Below the pieces are notes generated by a model, which was not told the origin of the DNA, did no database searches, and was given only the letters and a program-made list of their open reading frames with translations. Below, in pieces: positions 26,105-30,969 of a stretch of 30,969 bases of DNA (position 1 is the first letter of the stretch; each line of letters begins with the position of its first letter). The stretch is from a virus. Lineage: Duplodnaviria; Caudoviricetes. Location: positions 1-30,969 of IMG/VR virus record IMGVR_UViG_3300011335_000270, one strand, 5' to 3'. Position numbers and translations under genes: made by a program.

Positions 26105-26286
26105 TTTTCGATCCTCCTGTATTGAACCAGTCGATATTTGTTCCGAAATCCATTCTTGCGCCAGATCTGCAAAGCTGTGCGGCCACTCTCACGGCTTAAC
26201 AACGCCAACCAGCATGATTTAGGATTTACACATGGATACCAGCATCCTTTGTACAAAACCTCAACAACCCATAATATTTTTGTCAT
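26101..26286 (-). CDS. Hypothetical protein (61 aa)
   Basis: ATG 26286 lies just after the upstream stop; its stop overlaps the next ATG. Confidence 0.55.
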   Translation of the reverse strand: MTKILWVVEVLYKGCWYPCVNPKSCWLALLSRESGRTALQIWRKNGFRNKYRLVQYRRIEK

Positions 26287-26287
26287 T

Positions 26288-26476
26288 TTATGCACACGTC
26301 GCAGCATGATTAAATTCATCAGCGGTGACCATGCCGCCGGGCTCTAGGCTCACCACTATTTGTTTGGCGTAGCTTTGAACGATAACGGTTTTCGGAATTC
26401 CGCCATTAACTTCGCAGTAATTCTGCAACGCTTCTTGTAGCTCACCGGTTGATATGGTTGCTGTTTCAATTATCAT
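26288..26476 (-). CDS. Hypothetical protein (62 aa)
   Basis: ATGA overlap with the nuclease stop; GGGAG RBS. Confidence 0.6.
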   Translation of the reverse strand: MIIETATISTGELQEALQNYCEVNGGIPKTVIVQSYAKQIVVSLEPGGMVTADEFNHAATCA

Positions 26477-27600
26477 TTTGCGGCTCCCTTTTTAACGCGT
26501 TTAGATGCAGCGGCTTTTTCCCACGGTAGATCGTCAATCATGTCTGCAAACGGGTCGGCTGCCGGGGCTTTTATGGCACAGTCAAACTCGGTTTTGATGG
26601 CGGTCAGCCCGGCGTCCCCAAGCATGGTTTTGTCGACCAGGTTGGTAATGTCCTGACTGCTATAAACCGGTTGCTGGAATTCCAAGCCAGTCAGCTTGTT
26701 TTTATAGGTCAGAAGATTGTTTGCGCTGGCGTCCATCAGCTCGGCAAACCGGCCGAGCAAGGTCGGAATGTGCCGGTGCTCTCCGCAGCCTGCGCGCTGG
26801 GCGGCTACGTCCATGTCCGGTTTGCCCTGCGCGCACGACCAGCGGCCGTCCCCATCCATCTCCGGAGTCGAATGCGCGCAAGTGCGGCAGCTCACGGCCG
26901 GCGCCTCTGTGCCGTAGCAATGGTGCTTAAATTGGCAGAATTTACAGGTAAAGTTTGTGGCATCTTCGGCCAGCGTGACCGCGGGCTCTGGCGCCGTGAT
27001 GACGCGCTCGGCACGCTGGAGCGCCTGGTTGAATGCGTCCTGGTCGAATTCGATGCGCTCCGCGTGAATCTCGTCCGTGTCCTTGTTGACCATAATATAC
27101 ATGGCACGCGTTAGGCCAGCCCAGCCCATGTATACTTGCATTTGCACGTAATGCTGCGGCTTGGATTCCTTTACGCCTTTTTTGACCATTGTCGCAAAAG
27201 ACTCGGCGTTTGCGGTCTTGAACTCGAGCAAATGCGGCGTTTTAGGCGCTTCCGGCAAGCCCAGCCCAACTCCATCCAGACTGCCAGCAAAATGCCCGCC
27301 AACGGCTTTATAGCGCCACTGGTTGCCGTCTGCGTCCTTGTCCCACACCTCAACGCCTATCGCGCGCAGGTCGGCAATCAGGCGCGGTTCCTGGTGGTTG
27401 CCGCTGTCAAACAAGCGCAGCATCCTGCCGTCAAAATCAGCCGGTTTCGCCCATCTGAAACTGAGCCACAGGTGGCGGTCGCACTCGTGGCCAATCTCGC
27501 TGGCGCCGAGGTGCGGCCGGCCTTGCCGGTTGGCAGCCTGCTCGTAGTGCCGGAATATTGCGGTTCTGGTGCTGTTCTGCGTTTCTGGTATCTCTGCCAT
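26473..27600 (-). CDS. Cas4-like PD-(D/E)XK exonuclease
   Basis: LGASEIGHEC, GSLDG, LEFKT, QMQVYM, CKFCQFKHHC (Fe-S-type Cys pattern), plus an extra CRTC...C...C cluster. Confidence 0.85.
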   Translation of the reverse strand: MAEIPETQNSTRTAIFRHYEQAANRQGRPHLGASEIGHECDRHLWLSFRWAKPADFDGRMLRLFDSGNHQEPRLIADLRAIGVEVWDKDADGNQWRYKAVGGHFAGSLDGVGLGLPEAPKTPHLLEFKTANAESFATMVKKGVKESKPQHYVQMQVYMGWAGLTRAMYIMVNKDTDEIHAERIEFDQDAFNQALQRAERVITAPEPAVTLAEDATNFTCKFCQFKHHCYGTEAPAVSCRTCAHSTPEMDGDGRWSCAQGKPDMDVAAQRAGCGEHRHIPTLLGRFAELMDASANNLLTYKNKLTGLEFQQPVYSSQDITNLVDKTMLGDAGLTAIKTEFDCAIKAPAADPFADMIDDLPWEKAAASKRVKKGAAK

Positions 27601-27614
27601 ACATCCTCCGATGA

Positions 27615-27638
27615 CGCCGGGGCGTTGCCGCCCCAGCG
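27615..27638 (-). promoter_or_regulatory. Intergenic 10-bp hairpin with GCAA tetraloop
   Basis: Minus strand CGCUGGGGCG-GCAA-CGCCCCGGCG, one U.G pair, no following U-tract. Confidence 0.7.
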
Positions 27639-27645
27639 GGTTAGT

Positions 27646-28131
27646 TTACTTGCGAGCTGCCCACGGTGCCGCCGACGCGACCTTGCCGGTCGCAAAGCCT
27701 GCCGGTGCGGCAGGTTTAGCTTTTGGCGCCGGTGCGCCGTTGGCTTGGCTGTAACCCTTGATCCTGTTGGTCTGCTGGCCGGACATTGGATTCAGTTCCT
27801 GAATCACATCGACAATCAGCGGGCGGTCGTGGAGCTCCTCGGAGTCGGCTGGCGTGATGATGCCGACGCAGTGGCAAATGGCCGACAGCTCGCGCTCGGC
27901 GATGCCCACCGCGGTTGCGTTAGGGTTAACCAGGTTCAGCCTGGACCAGAGTTTACGGCCGTCGTGCTGGCCGCCGGTTACGGAAAAGGTCAGCTGCAAA
28001 TACTGGCCAGTCCCGGCTTTGGTGTTTTTCATCTCGCTGTCGGTGATGATCACCTCGTAACGTCCCGGCGGCAAGGCGTCGAAAGACTGCTGCGGTTCTA
28101 CTGCTGAAGCGTCAAAATTTAAAGAGGCCAT
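27646..28131 (-). CDS. DUF669-family protein (putative ssDNA-binding protein)
   Basis: LPPGRYEVIITDSEMKNTKAGTGQYLQLTF...GRKLWSRLNL...N.IKGY; P/A-rich tail ending in PW. Confidence 0.8.
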   Translation of the reverse strand: MASLNFDASAVEPQQSFDALPPGRYEVIITDSEMKNTKAGTGQYLQLTFSVTGGQHDGRKLWSRLNLVNPNATAVGIAERELSAICHCVGIITPADSEELHDRPLIVDVIQELNPMSGQQTNRIKGYSQANGAPAPKAKPAAPAGFATGKVASAAPWAARK

Positions 28132-28133
28132 GA

Positions 28134-28892
28134 TTATTTTCCTTTGGTTTTGGTTGTTGTTTCGGTTGTGGTCATCATTGCGTCTGCCAGTTGTGACCAG
28201 TCAAGCGGCAGTGAATCGGGTAGTGAATAGCGGTTCTTGGCAAGGTAGGCCGGCTTCTCGCTGGTGTAGAGCAGGCGTTCGCCGGTAGAGATGCCGCGGC
28301 TGACTTTGTTGTTGAATCCAACATCGCTAGATTTCACGATGGTCTTGTAATTGGCAAAGCCCACAATGTCGCACCATTCCTGCACTAAGGCGCTGCTGCG
28401 CGCTTGCAGCTTGGGCTGGTAGCGTTCATACGGTTCGACTTCTGGGCTGTCAAACCGCTTGATCTCGCAATGTGCAAGTAAGATGCTGGCCATGCCTTTA
28501 GCGCGCAGGGCGGTCAGATCCTCCAGCACCTTGCGCCAGAGGTCGGCGGCGATCACTGCGCCTTTGCCATAGGCCAAATCTTTCGCTTCGTATTGGCCGT
28601 TTATTTGTTCCCAAATCAGATTGTCCAGCCAGTCGAGCGAGTCAATCACGATCGTTTGGAAGTCGTGCTCGCCTTTAAGTGACGCCAAAGCCTCCTGCAC
28701 ATCCTTGTAGGACTTGGCGACCGGGAAGTGGTCAACCTCAAGGCGCCCAAGCCCATCCTCGGTCAAAATGAAGATCGGGTTAGGGGCGCTGGCGCCGAAC
28801 GTGGTCTTGCCCAGCCCATGCGGGCCGTAGACCATGATGCGGGGCGGTTGCAGCGTGGTATTGCGACTAATTGCTTGTAAATTTATAGCCAT
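28134..28892 (-). CDS. AAA_24 family ATPase (Sak4-like recombinase)
   Basis: YGPHGLGKTT (Walker A), TIVIDSLD (Walker B), LLAH, EWCDIVGF, AKNR. Confidence 0.85.
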   Translation of the reverse strand: MAINLQAISRNTTLQPPRIMVYGPHGLGKTTFGASAPNPIFILTEDGLGRLEVDHFPVAKSYKDVQEALASLKGEHDFQTIVIDSLDWLDNLIWEQINGQYEAKDLAYGKGAVIAADLWRKVLEDLTALRAKGMASILLAHCEIKRFDSPEVEPYERYQPKLQARSSALVQEWCDIVGFANYKTIVKSSDVGFNNKVSRGISTGERLLYTSEKPAYLAKNRYSLPDSLPLDWSQLADAMMTTTETTTKTKGK

Positions 28893-28903
28893 AAATCCTC
28901 CGA

Positions 28904-28996
28904 TTAAATACTAAACAACAGAACAAGAAAAATCCAACTTGCCGCAAGTGTTGCGATGGCGCACGCGGCCGCGCCTGTGATTTCGAGGAAATTCAT
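28904..28996 (-). CDS. 30-aa single-helix membrane peptide (MNFLEITGAAACAIATLAASWIFLVLLFSI); not in ORF track
   Basis: ATGA overlap with the upstream stop; ends just before the ATPase RBS. Confidence 0.6.
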   Translation of the reverse strand: MNFLEITGAAACAIATLAASWIFLVLLFSI

Positions 28997-29370
28997 TCTT
29001 CGCTCGCGTCTGCAATTTCTTGTGCGAGTTCTTCTACGATGTCGGTATCGATATAGTGTTTCTTGAGCATTTCCTGCACTTGGTCATACAGTCGGCTGAT
29101 GCGTGTTTGCACTGTCTCTTTGTCGCTGCTCAATACCGCGACCACCAATTCGAATGCGAAACTGGTGTCGAGGTGCTCAGAAACAAACTCGTAGAGATCC
29201 ACCTGCGCGCGGCCACGGCGCGGGTAGCGGCCGTAGTCCATTACTTCATCAACGATGTCGGTAAGCGCGTCGGCGCGGTCGCGCTCAGTGACTTCTGCGC
29301 GCTTTCTGCTCAAAGGGTAGCAGCGGGGGCAATCTTCGGATCCGCAGTTGCAGCGTTCTGGTGTTGGCAT
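28993..29370 (-). CDS. Hypothetical protein with N-terminal CxCGxxDCxxC motif; first gene of the leftward operon
   Basis: aaagga RBS in an A/C-rich leader. Confidence 0.75.
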   Translation of the reverse strand: MPTPERCNCGSEDCPRCYPLSRKRAEVTERDRADALTDIVDEVMDYGRYPRRGRAQVDLYEFVSEHLDTSFAFELVVAVLSSDKETVQTRISRLYDQVQEMLKKHYIDTDIVEELAQEIADASEE

Positions 29371-29423
29371 TTTGTTTCCTTTCGGTTGGTGGGTCGGTTG
29401 TTTTGCTGCACTTGCTGAAACGG

Positions 29424-29452
29424 ATATTATTCTTGTGTTTACGCGGTGTCAA
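29424..29452 (-). promoter_or_regulatory. Sigma-70 promoter (TTGACA-17-TAATAT) for the leftward operon
   Basis: Perfect -35 at 29447-29452, 17-nt spacer, -10 at 29424-29429. Confidence 0.7.
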
Positions 29453-29475
29453 CAACAATAGGCAAATTATTTGTG

Positions 29476-29504
29476 ATATTGTGCAATCCTTGTCTTTTAG
29501 TCAA
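29476..29504 (-). promoter_or_regulatory. Second tandem sigma-70-like promoter (TTGACT-17-CAATAT)
   Basis: -35 at 29499-29504 and -10 at 29476-29481, 52 bp from the first promoter. Confidence 0.5.
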
Positions 29505-29516
29505 CAGAGGGATGTT

Positions 29517-29690
29517 ATGTATATTATGGTCAAAGAGGCCGCAACCAGGCTAAAAGTCAGTCGACAATGGGTCAATACCCTGATAAATCAAGGTAAAGTG
29601 ACCACCAAGATGGTGGTCGGCCGGCGCGTGATCGTTGCGGATCGCCTGTTTTTGGCACTGGAACGAGGGCGCCGGAAGGCGGGGAAATGA
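29517..29690 (+). CDS. Small HTH DNA-binding protein (Xis/HTH_17-like), 57 aa
   Basis: VKEAATRLKVSRQWVNTLINQGKV; AGAGGG RBS before ATG 29517. The track start at 29361 would run through the promoter region. Confidence 0.75.
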   Translation: MYIMVKEAATRLKVSRQWVNTLINQGKVTTKMVVGRRVIVADRLFLALERGRRKAGK

Positions 29691-30721
29691 TTGAATTTGG
29701 GGATTGCCGAGAAACCATGCGGCGATGGGCAGAGCAGGGAGTTAAGGCTCAGACATGCGTGACTTCGCCGCCGTACTGGGGCTTGCGGGACTACGGGCAC
29801 GTGGGGCAACTCGGACTCGAATCCACGCCCGAAGAATACGTTGCCAAGATGGTTGCGGTATTCCGCGAAGTCCGGCGCGTATTGCGGGATGACGGAACGC
29901 TGTGGCTGAATCTTGGTGACTCGTACGCAAGAGAGGGCGGTAACGGTGCTGGCGTGTCTCGTCATTGGGACGGACGAGAATCAGACCCCGGCGGTCAGCA
30001 CGATAAACGCCCGAACGCTTCCAAGATTGGTCTTAAACAAAAAGACCTCGTGGGCATCCCGTGGCGCGTCGCTTTCGCACTGCAAGCCGACGGCTGGTAT
30101 CTGCGCCAAGACATCATCTGGCACAAGCCGAACCCTATGCCTGAGAGTGTTCAGGACAGATGCACGAAGGCGCACGAATACATCTTTCTGTTGAGCAAAT
30201 CGCAGAAATACTATTACGATGCAGATGCTATTGCGGAGCCGGTTACCGACAGCACCGCAATAAGATTGCTTCAGGACATAGACAATCAAAGAGGTAGTGA
30301 CCGTGTGCCGAATAAAAAAAACGGGACGATGAAAGCCGTTGGGGGCAAAAAGTTTACCTCTGACATGGGCGGTGGTGGAACAACCTTTGTCGGGCATTCT
30401 GGATACACCAAAGCAGATGGAACAAGCTCTCTCAAAGCAACGCGCAACAAGCGCAGCGTCTGGACTGTGACCACCAAGCCATACAAAGGCGCACACTTCG
30501 CCACCTTCCCGCCTGACTTGATAAATCCATGCATCCTAGCGGGTGCGCCTGCTGGTGGTGTGGTGTTGGATCCGTTCATGGGCAGCGGCACAACGGCAGC
30601 GGTGGCTGTTTTGAATGGTAGAAACTATTTGGGGTGCGAACTAAATCCGGCATACAAGGAATTGCAGGATGAGCGTATACGAAACGCACATTTAGAAACC
30701 GCACAAATGGAGTTAATCTAA
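29687..30721 (+). CDS. DNA methyltransferase (probably N4-cytosine, beta class)
   Basis: VTSPPYW, WLNLGD, IIWHKPNPMPES, HFATFP, VLDPFMGSGTT. Confidence 0.92.
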   Translation: MIEFGDCRETMRRWAEQGVKAQTCVTSPPYWGLRDYGHVGQLGLESTPEEYVAKMVAVFREVRRVLRDDGTLWLNLGDSYAREGGNGAGVSRHWDGRESDPGGQHDKRPNASKIGLKQKDLVGIPWRVAFALQADGWYLRQDIIWHKPNPMPESVQDRCTKAHEYIFLLSKSQKYYYDADAIAEPVTDSTAIRLLQDIDNQRGSDRVPNKKNGTMKAVGGKKFTSDMGGGGTTFVGHSGYTKADGTSSLKATRNKRSVWTVTTKPYKGAHFATFPPDLINPCILAGAPAGGVVLDPFMGSGTTAAVAVLNGRNYLGCELNPAYKELQDERIRNAHLETAQMELI

Positions 30722-30879
30722 TGCACCACAAAGCAAAAATACCATTCAGCATAGTGCAGGCAGCCCGCCACCAGCGGCAGCGGTTCGGCAGGGCGTATAG
30801 CGTGATTGCTGCGTTTTACGATGTGTATATGTGGACTGTGCGCGACTGGTGCGAGTATCGTACGAGGATTACGCGATGA
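30721..30879 (+). CDS. Small HTH-like protein, 52 aa; not in ORF track
   Basis: MHHKAKIP...AYSVIAAFYDVYMWTVRDWCEYRTR; TAATG and ATGA overlaps. Confidence 0.55.
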   Translation: MHHKAKIPFSIVQAARHQRQRFGRAYSVIAAFYDVYMWTVRDWCEYRTRITR

Positions 30880-30969
30880 CCGAGAATGATCCCGTAGTCG
30901 AGCTGCATCCTAAAGTCTTACTGGATGCCGCCTTGAAATACGCGCTCCGCGGCTTTCGCGTTTTGCCGC
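30876..30969 (+). CDS. Probable bifunctional primase-polymerase, N-terminus (3'-truncated)
   Basis: MTENDPVVELHPKVLLDAALKYALRGFRVLP matches the AALxYAxxGxxVxP start of Prim-Pol domains; only 31 codons are visible. Confidence 0.6.
   Translation, partial: MTENDPVVELHPKVLLDAALKYALRGFRVLP

Noticed and set aside
26473-27600. CRISPR-Cas system suggested by the Cas4-like gene
   Set aside because: No repeat-spacer array or other cas genes were seen; the context is a recombination module.
29361-29516. Long N-terminal extension of the HTH ORF
   Set aside because: It runs through the AT-rich promoter region; ATG 29517 has an RBS and gives a compact HTH.
1-30969. tRNA/rRNA genes, integrase or att sites
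   Set aside because: None recognised by eye and intergenic space is minimal. Lifestyle and host cannot be determined from this window.

Overview
About 31 kb of a tailed-phage genome with podovirus (P22-like) organisation and no host genes. The + strand carries a 5'-truncated DNA methyltransferase, terS, terL, small accessory genes, portal, scaffold, major capsid, head accessory genes, tail/ejection proteins, tail fibres, holin and an M15 endolysin (1-24108). A convergent - strand early/recombination block follows (24122-29370): coupled small ORFs, an HTH/sigma-region-4 fusion, a Lar-like protein, a Cas4-like nuclease, DUF669 and an AAA_24 ATPase. After a divergent promoter region come a small HTH gene, a second DNA methyltransferase and the start of a probable primase-polymerase. 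The best-supported hidden feature is a 694-nt group I intron (8716-9409) that splits the major capsid gene and carries a GIY-YIG homing endonuclease in its P8 loop; the ORF track misses exon 1 and mis-starts the capsid ORF. The most intriguing hypothesis is a virion glycosylation toolkit inside the head module: a GT-A glycosyltransferase, an FkbM methyltransferase and a DUF115/Maf-like transferase beside Ser/Thr-rich duplicated small proteins. All protein family calls come from motif recognition by eye, not database searches.
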